DNA of 64,000 nucleotides from Marsupella aquatica (taxonomy: Eukaryota > Plantae > Marchantiophyta), in assembly GCA_973895155.1 (NCBI GenBank), contig OZ316896.1:15438576-15502575 (forward strand). Reading direction: 5' to 3'. Both the position numbers and the translations under genes were made by a program. The notes below the pieces were generated by a model, which saw only the letters and a list, made by a program, of their open reading frames with translations, was not told the DNA's origin and did not search any database. This document shows, one piece after another, positions 1 through 12,735 of the stretch; within the stretch, counting starts at the first letter, position 1, and every line of letters begins with the position of its first letter.

Positions 1-507
1 CATCCCATTCAGAACTTTTTTACCTTAAAATGTAAATGTATGTACATACTACAAAAGTGTTTTTACAAGGGTAATTGGCTGCCAGAATGCTCCCTCAAAA
101 TGAGAGCCCCAGCTGGAGTTTGGAGGCGCTATTATTGCACACCATGAGTTGATACACTTATTTTACTACTTCGGTCAAAAATAATAGAGAACTTTCATAG
201 GGAGTTTATAAATGCCCTGAATTAGAGAGGGAACAATCATGGAGAGCATTGAGTACATAGTAAAGTCCTGTTAGGTTATTGTGGCCCATAACTAGAAAAA
301 TCAAGAAGGCCAGAAAATGCATGGTAAAGTCCTGTTTGTTTCCAGGGTGTTGTGGGCCAGAATGCCCCCCCAATGAATGTCTTTGTTCAAGTTTTGAGGG
401 GCTATTAGCACGTAGTAATGTTCTGGTAAGAGGGTATTGTGGGCCAGATTGCCCTGAACTACAAGTGATTCAGCTCAAGTTTTGAGCCCATAATGCCCTT
501 GTAAGAG

Positions 508-628
508 GGAGTTAGTACACTTAAAGGCTGAAGAGATTTTTAAATTTACTATTTTAAGGAAAAGTACAAGGGAGTTAGTACACTTGAAGGCTGAAGAGAT
601 TTTTTAATTTACTATTTTAAGGAAAAGT
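508..628. repeat. Tandem duplication, ~62-bp unit x2
   Basis: gggagttagtacactt(a/g)aaggctgaagagatttttt..atttactattttaaggaaaagta occurs at ~508 and ~570. Confidence 0.8.
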
Positions 629-1212
629 AGACTGAGGAGAAGTCCATTATTCCCCAAACCAAATCTGGACTCTGTATTCTTCTCCATAAAAGCATGAAAA
701 CTACAAGGAGAAAATCATGAAGGGCAGTAAGTATATAATAACTGTACCTACACTAGTTGGAGTGCCTGTTCTTTGATAAACAGATGTGAGAAAATTCAAG
801 CCAATTGCACCATTTTCAAAAATTTACTCTGCCCCTACCCCCCATCCCCATTTCCCACTCCCAACTTAAGTTTCATCCCTAGAGTCATAGTCTAGAGACT
901 TCAATGTAGACCAAGCTGTAAGAGTAGCTTTTAATTGTGATTATATACTTAGATAGTACCTGGCAAGAGGCATTGCTATTGTTACACAAGTTTTGGGGGG
1001 CTACTATTGCCCATTATGCCCTTATAAGGAGGCCTTAATACCTAAGAGGTTTTCTTATTTTACTAGTTTTAGCAAAAACTAGAGAAAACATTTCATAATA
1101 CCTTGCTCCAAATCTGGAATGTACATTCTTCTCCATATCTTACTAATAAATTGGGAACATACACTTGAGTTAGGGTCTAGGCTTCTAGAGTGAAGCCTCT
1201 AGACCATGACTC

Positions 1213-1544
1213 TCTTAAGGATTGCTCTTAGTTTTGTGACTCAAAGTTTACGGCACTTAGGCTAACCACAGTTAGGATCTTAGCTAAAGTTAGGTTAGTC
1301 GTGTGTGAACTTGTACATACCAAGGCCAGTGTAAGCCGATGGCATATGGTGCTTACTCATTGTAACGGAGCAACTTGAGGACAAGGGAGAGCATGTGTGT
1401 TCGTCTACTCTTGAAGTAAAGCTTGAGTGTTCGTGTGGACGTAGCCTTAGAGAAGAGGTGAACCACGTAGAGATTGTGTCGACTACATGTGCATGGAATG
1501 AGTCATGGTTGTATGGTCGTTGCGAATGACGTCTTAGTTCAAGA
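1213..1544 (+). mobile_element. Solo LTR related to copia element B
   Basis: Shares ctcattgt.acggagc.acttgag, gtggacgtagcct..gaggtgaaccacgta and the terminal gtc....tcaa.a with the B LTRs. Perfect 5-bp TSD GACTC at 1208-1212 and 1545-1549. Confidence 0.8.
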
Positions 1545-2461
1545 GACTCTAGGGCTCCACCAACATTTGCACATGACAATGGGAAATATAGATGTCAAAA
1601 TGAATCATTATGATTTTTGTCATCAGTCCTATTAATATTCAAAGAATGGACATTCAAGATTGTACTAAAAGAAGGCAAACTCATTTGGCTACTCTTAGAG
1701 CCTACGATGCTTTACGGGGGCTTGCTTTATGGATGCTTTCACTCTTCTTTTAGTATATGTACTCTATGTATGTAGCAAGCATGGCATGCCAAAATGGAAG
1801 TCCAATGGCTATTGGGTTTTTGCCTACCTCCTCAAATTAGCACCGAGTGATCATCAGATCTTTGTCGTGCATATACACATTGCTACACAAAATACATTGT
1901 TTGTCACACACATTCATATACATGTACAGACAAACATAAGAGAATGTGATACAAGTAATACTTTGAGTTATGCCACTATTTGTGGATGAGGTTATTGTGA
2001 AAGGACTTGACAATTTCATCCAGATGATTATGTTTAGATGATTATGTTTATTTGTAATAGACAGCATCAACAACACTTGATGTTTGCAGGTCATACCATT
2101 TTACGTGTAGTCACCCTATTCATTAAAAGTGTATTTTATTTTGTTCACTTTTAGACCTCTAAATGTTCACTTTTTGGTCTCTAAATGTACACTTTTTAAC
2201 CCCAAAAGGTACACTATAGTACAATACTCTACACCAAATTGGTCAATTGTAAACTTGAGGGCACTAAAATTATCTTTACTAGAAGGAGTCTCATCCTAGT
2301 TCATTTACAAACGATGAACATGGTGGTACATCCGATGGCCATCACCTTTATTTTTTGCCCTTTTGTACACTTTTTGAAAGCCAAATATACACTTTCTATT
2401 GCCCAAATGTTCAGAAATTGAATAATAATTCACTTTTAATGAATAGATTGAACTACATGAA

Positions 2462-2742
2462 GTATTGTCTTTTGGTGTCCTAATGTTAAAAGGACGTGAT
2501 GGTATGGTTTGGAAGTATCATGTGCGTAACTTGCACCATGTCATCTTCCAAACATTGATGGTATAATGGATCCAAACTTGACACATGTTTGTGCTGGCTT
2601 GAAGTGTATGTTGTTTGGATTTGCTTATGGAGCAACTACTATGTTGATATATTTGAGATAAATGTTCTAGAGTATGGCACATGTCCTGTTTGACACCACC
2701 ATTGCAAGTGATTCATAGGAATCATGGTTGTGTCCTAAATGT
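2462..2742 (+). pseudogene. Degenerate Ty3/gypsy integrase C-terminus with PHD finger
   Basis: Frameshifted translation VLMLKGRDGMVWKYHVRN / APCHLPNIDGIMDPNLTHVCAGLKCML.. / DKCSRVWHMSCLTPPL.. / SWLCPKC (PHD pattern). Followed by PPT-like AGGGGG (~2868-2873) and TG at 2878. Confidence 0.65.
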
Positions 2743-3211
2743 AGGTGACGATGAGTAGTTATCATTTGTGTTCTTGGAAGATATGGATTGTAGGTTGATG
2801 ATCAATGAGGCTCACGATCTTCTGATCTTCACACCTAAAAAGGTGTATATCTAGTTAGGAGTACACTAGGGGGCCATTGTGGGTTTTGGACATGCGTTCC
2901 ACTTATATCTCATTCTCTATGTTTGTTTATTGCATAAAAAATTGTAGTGGATTGCAGGTGTAGCTTTTCATCGCAGACTAGAGTTATTGGGTTGGTGGAA
3001 TTCCTTTGTGGTTGTAGTGACTATTGACTTTGGGCTGAGTATGAATGGATCAGGTCAGCTTGCACCGCACTCTTGGGAGTCTCTAAAATTAAAAAGTTGC
3101 CCGTGCTTATTCATATGTACGACTCTCGTGCTTTGTTCCAACTGTCGACTTCCCATGCCTATGTATGGATGTGTGTGATAAAATGTACGTTGTGTAGTGA
3201 TGTGTATGCAC

Positions 3212-4724
3212 ACTACTATATATTCTCATATATTCTAAACTTAGACAACATAGAACTTTTATATATATACGTGTGTTGTTTGAGCACTTTAGGGTTTTTC
3301 TACATTTCGAGGGATAGTTATCCCTTTGTGGTGGCTTGAAATCTCATCTTTTGATGTAATCTTAACAAAAATTGAACAACGATTGTAGCCAACAATACAC
3401 AATTGATCTTGCCCAATCCGATCACACACAACTATTGAGCCAAACACACCTTACGCTTCAAGGAATCCGCTTTACAAGCATACCAATCGTGTCGCCCACA
3501 CCATAGTAGCCAAAGCTGATGGCTCAACTTTGAAAGATGAGCCTTCAAGTCACCACAAGTGGATAACTATCCCTCCAAACATAAAGAAACCCTAAAGTGC
3601 TCAGATAACAAACATATGAAAGCTCTAAACTTAGACAACACGGTCATTTAAGTCCTACATCCTGTTACCACATGCATTTTGGGTGTGAATGAATGATAGC
3701 CGTTAGATCTTTTTGGGTGATTTTTTAACCGTTTGATTATTAATTCTGTGGCCAAGGTACACATAAACACATAATGACATTACAATAGTCTACATGAGAC
3801 AATTGTACTAGATTATCCTTTCTACTCTCCCATGGGGACTACAACTCTACAAGAGTGTAATGATTATATTATACTCTCATAAAATACAAAGATAAAACAC
3901 TATCCAAAGATCAGGGAGAAGGTAACCACAAATTGGCATGGAGGAAAACAAGGGGCTAGATGAAAGAAAAAAGGAACAAAAATTGAGGAAGAGGAGAGTG
4001 CAAAAGGTTGGGACAAATAGAGAAGAGGATAAAGTGAGATAATTTTGTGTTTTCTTGCCCCCGCCCCCCCTCCCCCGCCAATTTTAAAAGAATAAGCATG
4101 TATGTATTTATGTATTTAAAATATTAATAATTTTAATAAAAATTGAATTTTTTTTGGGTGATCATGCTATGACTCAGTGATGTAATGACCACAGTCACCC
4201 ATCTTGCATCTCCATGTTCTCACCTTCATCCTCCTCAAGAATAACACGTTCACAATAATGACCAAAATGACAACATTTTTGTAACAATGACATTTGTTAT
4301 GTTACATCTTTTTTGTGGCGCATAGGGATTGCGCTTGCCTGCATTTTCTTCTGTCTCCTCGACAACTTTGCCTCACTTGAGCGTCTTTTTTCTCCTTTCA
4401 ACATCTTTTCTTCACCTCAACACCTTATGTGCAATGCATAGGCATTTTCTGTGTTCTTTACCTCACCATGACATCTTTTCTCTCCTCAACATCTTATTTT
4501 TACTTTGACTTCTTTGTCTCACCTCGACAACTTTTTTCACACCAACATCTTTTCTTGGCCTCAAAATCGTTTTCTCTCATCGACAACTTTCTTCACACCA
4601 ACATCTTTTCTTGGCCTCAATTTTTTTCTCTCATCGACAACTTTTTTCACACCGACATCTTTTCTTCACCTTAACATATTTTTCCCCTCAACATCTTTTG
4701 TGCAACGCATAGACATTGGGCTAG
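3212..4724 (+). mobile_element. Non-autonomous Helitron (5' end approximate)
   Basis: 3' end tgtgcaacgcata + 8 nt + CTAG|T at 4721-4725, with degenerate acatctttt-type subterminal repeats at 4340-4700. The sequence near 3641 resembles the 5' region of the Helitrons at 12234 and 13376. Confidence 0.55.
3251..3627. mobile_element. Fold-back / MITE-like element with ~100-bp imperfect TIRs
   Basis: 3251-3353 is the imperfect reverse complement of 3531-3627 (e.g. tgagcactttagggttt / aaaccctaaagtgctca and gagggatagttatcc / ggataactatccctc). Flanked by direct repeat aacttagacaaca. Confidence 0.8.
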
Positions 4725-5288
4725 TATTCTAATAACACTCATAATGGTGTGACATCTTGGACAACACAAGAATTGATTCAATATTCAATCAACTAAATAG
4801 AGTCAATCGCACTCCCTAGTGGCAACTATGTTTGTTTTGCAATCTCCAGTGCTGATGAAGTAGCCCATGGTATATAGCTCTCAGGTGGGGGTGCTCTTAG
4901 GCATGTCCATGTTGTGACCTTGGTTGTGACCCAAAACTATGGTGTCAGCCTTGCTTTGCAGGGCATGGGGCGTATTCCCACTGACAATATCAGTTTTCCT
5001 GCAGATTGAATTATTGTTATGGGAACTTGCTCCTCTAAAGCCACCATGAGCAACATTGTACCTATACCTCCCATCACAACCTTCATTCCCCGTCATTTGG
5101 ATTGACTAGGCATTGGTTGACTTAGAGTAGAGGACTTCCTATGGATTTTTGCAACCCAAACAACAACATGTTACTCGCAATATCACAACGTCCATTGTGG
5201 TTGTGAGGTTTCTATCTATAGTCCATTTGAGCATTGTATTCAGGTTTTGACTTTGCCTAAAGAAGAAATGTCACATGGGAGTAAGGGC

Positions 5289-5551
5289 CAGCATTTTTTT
5301 GCAGAAAATTCTCCCAAATTCTACCTCTCTGAATTTGGCAAATAATTGCTTGGTTTTTTGTCTTCAGTTAGCCAGTTTTCCACCTAGCCCCAGACCCCAT
5401 TAGCCAGAATCTGATGGCTATCCTTAAATCTCAAGCAATCTGATGATCAAAATCAATCTAGGAAAACAGGACAAGGAACATTCTTAGCCTTCTCCATCAC
5501 ACAGGTGACATTTGTCACCCTGGCTGAAAAGAAAAAATCCTTAGAAACTAG
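5289..5551. mobile_element. Degenerate copy of the hAT MITE at 47579
   Basis: Shares agaccccattagccagaatct, aaaattc.cc.aaatt and cacaca...ctggc.aaaa.aaaatcctta.aaa with 47579-47884. No clear TSD. Confidence 0.6.
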
Positions 5552-6045
5552 CATGAGTGCTCATTCTTTAAACATAGGTAGAGGTGAGAGGACATTCAAG
5601 CCCCCTATGCAATTTTTAGAGAGTCACCCTGACCCTACCCCCGCCCCCAACCTCCATTTTTCACACCCCCCAACTTCTTATGTCCTGATGGTCTGGGTCT
5701 GGGTTTAGAGTAGAGGCTTCGCTGTAGACCATGAAATAGACCATGCCATAGATCATGCCATAGTGAAGACTCTGGAAAAAGGCCATGAAGAGTAGCGTTA
5801 GATTGCAGTCATATACACTAGTTACATAGTTTTACCCTAGTTTGGAGGAGAGTCAGTTGAGGGGCTCCGGTGTGGTAAATGGGTGCTGGCCACACATTCT
5901 TTGCTCTCCCCAACATCACATCCATTTCTGCTCTGTGCTCTTCTCTCTTGAGCAGCAATTATTGAATTGGGGTAATGGAAGGATCAACAGCAACACAGTT
6001 TGCTGTTGGCCGATAAATTCACAGAGGACAGAAGAATTCCGAGTG

Positions 6046-9000
6046 ATGGATGTGATTTCAAGAGCTGTTGGCAGCAAAGGATGCTGTTGCTGCCCCTCCT
6101 TGCTGCTGCCACCTCCAGCTGCGTCTCGAGCTACGTCCTCTGCTTGCTCTCCTTGCTCCTCCACACTCCGCAATTATTCTAGCTGCTGGCTCAGGCGGAC
6201 GAATGACCACCTCCAGCTGCTGGGTCGCGTACCCATTCTCTCGTCTGCCCTGCCATTCTGCCAGAAATCTGTCCATGGCTCTCAAACGCACTCGTCACTT
6301 TCCTGTTCCGTGGTATCTTCGCACTCTTACGCTAATCCCAGGAACCGAATTGGTGGTGATTTTGCCGGTTCTGGGCATTGCTCCAGAGCAAGATGCCTCC
6401 CAATGTCGGCTTCGGAGGAGGAGGTAGCTGGTGCCCCTCTCGAGGAGCAGGAAGGGGTTGAAAGCAGCACCAGCAGGACAAGCAATGAGACAGAGGAGGG
6501 TGAGAAGGCGAAGAAGAAGAAAAATTCAAAGGCTTTCCAATCGTCTTGGGACGCCAAAGATTCCGAGGGCAATGACTATCTCTACCGACTGGGAAAGGAG
6601 GCGGATAACCTGAACGTTACTGTTGGAGCGAGGGCCGGCTTAATAGACCATGTTTTCATTGGAGATTTTCTTGGAAAAGACGGTGAGTGATTTTACTGTA
6701 GTACGCAGCAACAATTAATGTGACATGAAGCTCAGGTTCATCATCCTCTTCATTCTAAAATTATGCCGAAGCTCCACTCAAATTCTAGTAGTTGAGCTGA
6801 ATGAGGCTGTCGGTAGTTGTCTTCCAGGTCGTAAGAAGTGGATCTTTTACAGCCAATCTTCAGAGAGATACATTGTGATAAATATGGCTGCCATTTGGAT
6901 TAGTCAACTGTTCAATAATCGATTTACTCAATCACAATTGTAATTCGTGCAACGTTTCGCTGTTTCATAATAAGCATTTGGGATAAAAGAAGCAGGGCAA
7001 CGATGTCTGTTAGGGGGCACCAAGAGCTTTCAAGTCCCAGTTTGATGATGGGAAATTGGCTGAGGCCTAAGTTTTCGCCACAATTTGAATTGTTGTTTCA
7101 AGGACTTTGTTGATGGATGACAAATTCTGAAGCAGCATTGCGAATAAGTTACGATTATGAAAAGTTGAAATAAACGAATTGAATTACTTTTCCCCTCTGC
7201 GTGCACCACATCATCGGTGGCTCATCACTACTGACAGGGAGCAGGAGCCTTGAATTGACCAACTCTTTTTTACTTGGGATTTTGGCAGCGGATATCGTGT
7301 TCGACTATCGACAAAAAGTGACGCGGTCTTTCAATAACCTGCAGGGAGACTTTTACATCGCTCCAGCATTCCTGGTATATAAATTGTCTTCCGTTTAGAC
7401 TGCTTTTTGATCCCCACCATGCCCTTTTTGTTCTTTTCTTGTTTTCAGGTTTGGGTTGGGTTTGGTGGGTGATGGAACCAACTCCTTATGTTTGTTGTGC
7501 AGGAAAAAGTTGGTGAGTGAAGTGATCTATTGAAGCCATCAAATGACATGTGTACTAAAGAAGCTAAATGCAACAGAGTGAATTCAGATTCTGGGGTTAG
7601 TACTGCGAGGAAGGCTCTAGCTATGAACAGTAATTATGTTACGAATCACCTCGTGAATAAGGCTTTTTGGTTCCGTAGTGTTCTCGATCTTCATCTACCA
7701 GTGACCTCTATCCTCCGAAAAGATCGATTTGTTCGATAAAAGTTGATAATTGCGACCAGGATATGGTCACACCAAATGAGAATCTTCGAGGTTGCAATCA
7801 AGCTTGACAACTTGGAATTCTTCTCATACTAAATTTGGTTATTCAAGCTTCCATATTTCAGACGACAGATTAGACTGCTCGAGCTCCCCTTGCACTTCTT
7901 CATTGAGCCTTTACTTGAGTGCATCTGTCGAGCCGACTCTAATTGTTTAATATTGGATAGTCAGAAATTTTTGCCTGTGAGCGACCTAGAAGTGCTCTGG
8001 TAGATTCGAAGTTTTTGTGCACACGCTCAGACAACGTTATATAAAATTTCGGCCATTTGGAGCAGAAGGCCAAACGGAAAATATTGACATTCGTCGGTCA
8101 AGTCAGATTTTTTCCATCACTGCTGTGCGGATCGTGAGTGCTTTGCTGTGCAATTGTTGATAGATAACACTCTGTGCCGTCGTCATGCAGTGACTCATAT
8201 TACAAAGAATTTTCTGGCTTCCAGTCTTGACACACAGGTGCCTCTCCTTCTTGGTAATTTTCTGGGTACCACCCCCATCTTTGAATAGGATTCTTCACAA
8301 AACCTTGAATTTCTTAGGTCGCACACAATTTATGAATCCGGATCGAGTCTCTTCATATTCAGAAGGGTTATACTACATTTGCGTTGCGCATTTCCCTCCA
8401 TGAGAGCGTCCGAGGCGATCTCGCTGCAATATTAAGGTGCATTACAGTCACAGAAGTCTTAAGACTGTGTTTCAATTTCGCAGGTATCTGGGGAGGCAAA
8501 GGCCAAGGAAAATCTTTCCAGTTAGAACTTATATGTAAGGCCTTGGATATGGAACCCGTCATCATGTCCGCAGGAGAACTGGAATCTGAATGGGCTGGTA
8601 ATGTTTGTCCTCTAAGCCTCTCCAGTGTCATGAGTTTCTTATGCTTAGTAATCTTGTTTTCAACCGGAGGTCTTGAAACAGTGGGTTGCTCACACATGCT
8701 GATAAAAATACCAGAAGATATCAAAAGTCATAGTTTGAACTGAAGAGAAACTGTAAGGCATGCGATAGAACTATGCAGGCGGCATTAAGAAATTGCTTCT
8801 CCGCAGGTGAGCCTGGAAAGCTGATACGCGAGCGGTACCGCACTGCAGCACAGGTTGTTAAAAATCAGGTAAACCAGCTGCAAGTCATGCAATCGTCGGG
8901 ATTGACGATGTACGTTCTGCCGAGCTGGATCCAGAGCTTACATCTCTTTGAAGATTCTTTGAATTTACAGTATCAGTCTCGGAAGAAATCAGTATCAGCG

Positions 9001-10912
9001 TAAATAATTAAAAATGAAAAGATTTCCATCACTCTACTGATAGTCAGAAAGAAGTGCATGAGTGTGAAGCTCAACTTCTGTACCCATTTTTGTAACTATG
9101 TTTCTGTTCATACAAAACAAGTTTTCGTCAATAGCAAACCTACTATAGTTCTAAAAAACCCGTCTAAGTCTCTTAAGTGAATTTTGCAAATGCATTAGTT
9201 TCTCACTGCTGTAGTTTCCTGTGCTTCGGGATCTCATTGGGGGATTGCAGGGAAAGATGAGCGCATTGGTGATCAATGATCTTGATGCAGGAATCGGTCG
9301 ATTTGGTACGGTTTGTGCTGGGAGTCATTCTTGCCGTTGAGCTACTTTCTCATGTCGTAAAGTTTGTTATCAGGAAGTTATTCACCGTCACACGTATGTT
9401 CTTGTTCTAGAAAATACCCAGTGCACGGTCAACAACCAGATGGTGGTGGGATCACTGATGAATCTGGCTGACAATCCTACACGAGTTAGCATTGGCCAGG
9501 AGTGGAGAGCACATGACATTGTGAATCGGGTACCTATAATTGTCACTGGAAACGACCTTTCTACCATCTGGGCTCCGCTCATTAGAGATGGCCGGATGGA
9601 CAAATTCTACTGGTATGAAATATTTTATTGCTTTCTGGTCGTGCAAGGAGTTGTCATACTAGTTCGGAGCAAAGGCTCGCAGTTTTGAAGAAAATCCTTA
9701 AAACTCATTTCGCCTTCAGGACTATTCCTTTAATGTGGAGGCTCATTTCTTGTAACGGTCTTTTGTGGTGCCTTGATGACGAAGCTCTCTATCCCGTTAA
9801 TTCAGGCAACCCACCAGGGAGGACATAGTGAATATTGTCCATCACATGTATCGCAACGACGGGCTGTCTATGGCAGACATCGGCACAATTGTAGACACCT
9901 TCCCAAACCAAGGTGAAATGTTGACAACGAACATGAGCACGTGATAGCGTTACGGTTTCCACTTCTTTCGAGTTCAATCTTTCACTTTAAAAGTTTAAAC
10001 TCATCTGGCATGTTAATCTTAAGTTCTGCTAATCAGTGTCGGCTCTTCATTATGTGTGTTGGTTCCATTCTTTTGTTCTAAACCTTGTAATGTCCAGTTG
10101 TCTAATAATTTCCATTATATACTCTTGCCTCCCCAGCTCTTGACTTTTATGGAGCCTTGAGATCTCGGACATATGATGAAGAAGTCTTGAAGGTATTTTT
10201 CTCAGGTGGAAGGCTGTCAATAAGCTTGTAGTCTAGATACTTCCAGACAAACTCTGCCATCGGGGAATTTTGGATTGTATGAGGTTTTACTTTGTATGCT
10301 TGAAAAGTGTATCTTAGGGAAAGATGAATATTTCAAGTAGTTGTTCAGCTAGTCTTTGTCTCTTGATAGGTATGTAGTTATGGTTTCTGGGTCATCACAT
10401 TCTAACATCTCCTGTTACGTCGTATAACAGTGGATTCAGATGATAGGTGGACCTGAAAAGCTTGCATCAAGGCTTGTATCAAGGGAAAGCAGGGACAAAC
10501 CACTTCCCACATTTGTGGCTCCAGAGGTTTGATTATCTTGACATTTTTTATAACAAAAGAAAATGAATTGGGTTTAAGCTCTGCGTGTTGTTGCTGCCAG
10601 ACGTGACAAAGGAAGGTTGACATCTTAGATCTAGTTGTCAGTGAAAAGGCTGAGAAGATTTTGAGCAGTGTCAGTTATCGGTATCAATGTTGGCAAGAAT
10701 AGGACTATTTCACTACTGGTAGAGGGAAGGAAGTTGGCATTATTTCAAAGGTTTTGATCCCCGAGGTTGGTCTGCAGGTAACAATAGAGAGGCTAGTATC
10801 TGCTGGAGATTCACTTGTGCACGAGCAGAAGTTAGTGAATGAGATGCGTCTCTCCGACGTGTACATGAAGAAGCAGACAGGGGGCGGTGGTCTTAGCGTT
10901 GTTGCCACTTGA
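6046..10912 (+). CDS. Rubisco activase-like AAA+ ATPase (At1g73110 type), plastid-targeted, 12 exons
   Basis: GT-AG exons 6046-6682, 7289-7374, 7503-7512, 8191-8253, 8484-8597, 8807-8868, 9251-9305, 9411-9612, 9806-9912, 10137-10192, 10431-10526, 10778-10912 join in frame. Motifs: GIWGGKGQGKS (Walker A), INDLDAG (Walker B), RVPIIVTGND..APLIRDGRMDKFYW, LDFYGALRSR. N-domain DYLYRLGKEADNLNVTVGARAG. Ser/Cys-rich transit-like N-terminus. Confidence 0.93.
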
Positions 10913-11461
10913 GATCCATCACATTTTTTGCGATTAGTCCCCTGGAAGTTCTTTTTCAACATAGTGTGTTGGTGGTGGGCACTTGAGATTCATCAATTTT
11001 GTCTGAATAATAAAGTGCATAAGTTTGCAAGATTTGTGGAAGAATTTTTTTTAGATTGTCTTTGACTCATTTTAGTTTATGTAGCACACTCCAGCTATGC
11101 CATCAAGGAAGAAAAGCAGTGTGGTTTCACTGTGCACAAACCATGAAATTAAAAACTCTAACTCTGAGGCATTTCACTAACCTGAAAAATCCATAGTTCT
11201 CAGGCACAACCGGATGGAATCACTGAGGCTCCCATGCATTAAATGGACCAAAAAGATAACCAGCAAAAGTTAATAAAAAGTGCTGTTGGAGCCCATTTCA
11301 ATGTTTACTGAGATTTTATTTGAGTTACAAAAGTCCTGAATGCATGCATCTGATCACATTTTCCATCCTTGCCACTAGATGACGTGACGTATCATCCAGC
11401 AGATGTGACAGTGTGCTCACTACACAAAAAAGCAACCTCAAATAACTCAAAGTCAATATAG

Positions 11462-11746
11462 AGGGGTTTTCCCCCTGTGCTCTCTTCTTTATTGGGTTTT
11501 CTACGTGTTTCCGGCCACTAGAAAAGGGTTTTCCCCTTCTGTTCTCTTTTCTTTATTGGGTTTCTTTATTTCAAAGTAAAAGGTAGATCCCTTTATGACT
11601 TTGGCACATTTTCGAAAAGGGTTTTCCCCTTGTGTTCTCTTTTCTTTATTGGCTTTATTTATTTCAAAGTAAAAGGTAGATCCCTTTATGGCTTTGGCAC
11701 ATTTTTCACTTTGGGAACGTGACATAGATAGATAGATAGATAGATA
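11462..11746. repeat. Degenerate tandem duplication plus (GATA)n microsatellite
   Basis: gggttttcccc.tgt.ctct.ttctttattgg occurs 3 times, atttcaaagtaaaaggtagatccctttatg.ctttggcacatttt twice, then (gata)5. Confidence 0.75.
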
Positions 11747-12233
11747 CCCACAAGACACAAGTATTTGGTCCTTTTGTTCTTTGACAATGTCATATATACT
11801 TGTCATTTGTTATTCAGCAGTGTGAAATATATTTGACTTTTTTGTTCTTGGCAATGTGACATATGTACATTAATGATTAGATATTGACATTAAACAATTC
11901 CTTGGTCCTTTTTTCCTTTTGTAGCAATCTTCACTTCGGTGCTATTTTTTCTTTCACAATAAACCTATCCCTACATGGACCAGTCGTGTGTGAACCGGGA
12001 AAAGTTTTGTATAATCCAAAGATGAAACATTTATCCCAATCAAAATTGACCCAAAACACATTTTTTGAAAACTTTCGCAAAATTTAGCCTTAGTTAATTT
12101 ACTCGGGTTTATTGTTTTATCTTAGTGCTACTGTTTTGTTGGTCCCCTTTCCTCCTCCAAGACCACGCACTAAATCTACGTCGCCATACAACCAGAACAT
12201 AAACCTACAATGTTGTTCAAATCACTTGGTTTA

Positions 12234-12735
12234 TCTACAACTATAATAGGCAATCCCGCCAATTTCGTCCTTCGTCCCGTTACAAAATCCAATATCGGCG
12301 GGAATCAAAACTGATTGTTAGATATTTGAGTGGATTTATTGTATCCATTTGATTCACTGGCAAGTACTTCCACTCCAGACAATACCATCCGGTCCCTCTA
12401 CACCAGCCTCGCACCTACGCCTGCCTTGCGAATACGTGCCTTGCGAATAAGTGCCTCTCGCTGGATCCTCGCATCACCATCAATGAGGGGATAACGATGC
12501 CTCATCATTCCCTCCCTCCCTTGTGAATGCTCCCCCCATGCCTCCGTCAGTCTGTCCCCTCCCCTCCCCTCCCCTCCCCTCTGTGCCTCATCATTCCCTC
12601 CCTCCCTCGTGAATCCCCTCGACCTTAGCAATGCCCTCCTTCCCTTCATTATGGACAATCCCCCCTCACAAATGCTCCCTCCGATATGGGCCAGCCCTCC
12701 TTGCACAGTGAAACGCACTGGCATAGGGATCGTAG
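12234..12735 (+). mobile_element. Non-autonomous Helitron
   Basis: A|TCTACAACTATAATA 5' end, similar over ~55 bp to 13376. 3' hairpin cagtg-aaacg-cactg followed by ..GTAG. Internal pyrimidine-rich cctcatcattccctccctcc repeats. Confidence 0.5.

Noticed and set aside
5842-6045. N-terminal extension of the RCA-like ORF
   Set aside because: Starts at TTG and has no recognisable features. It is probably 5' UTR ahead of ATG 6046.
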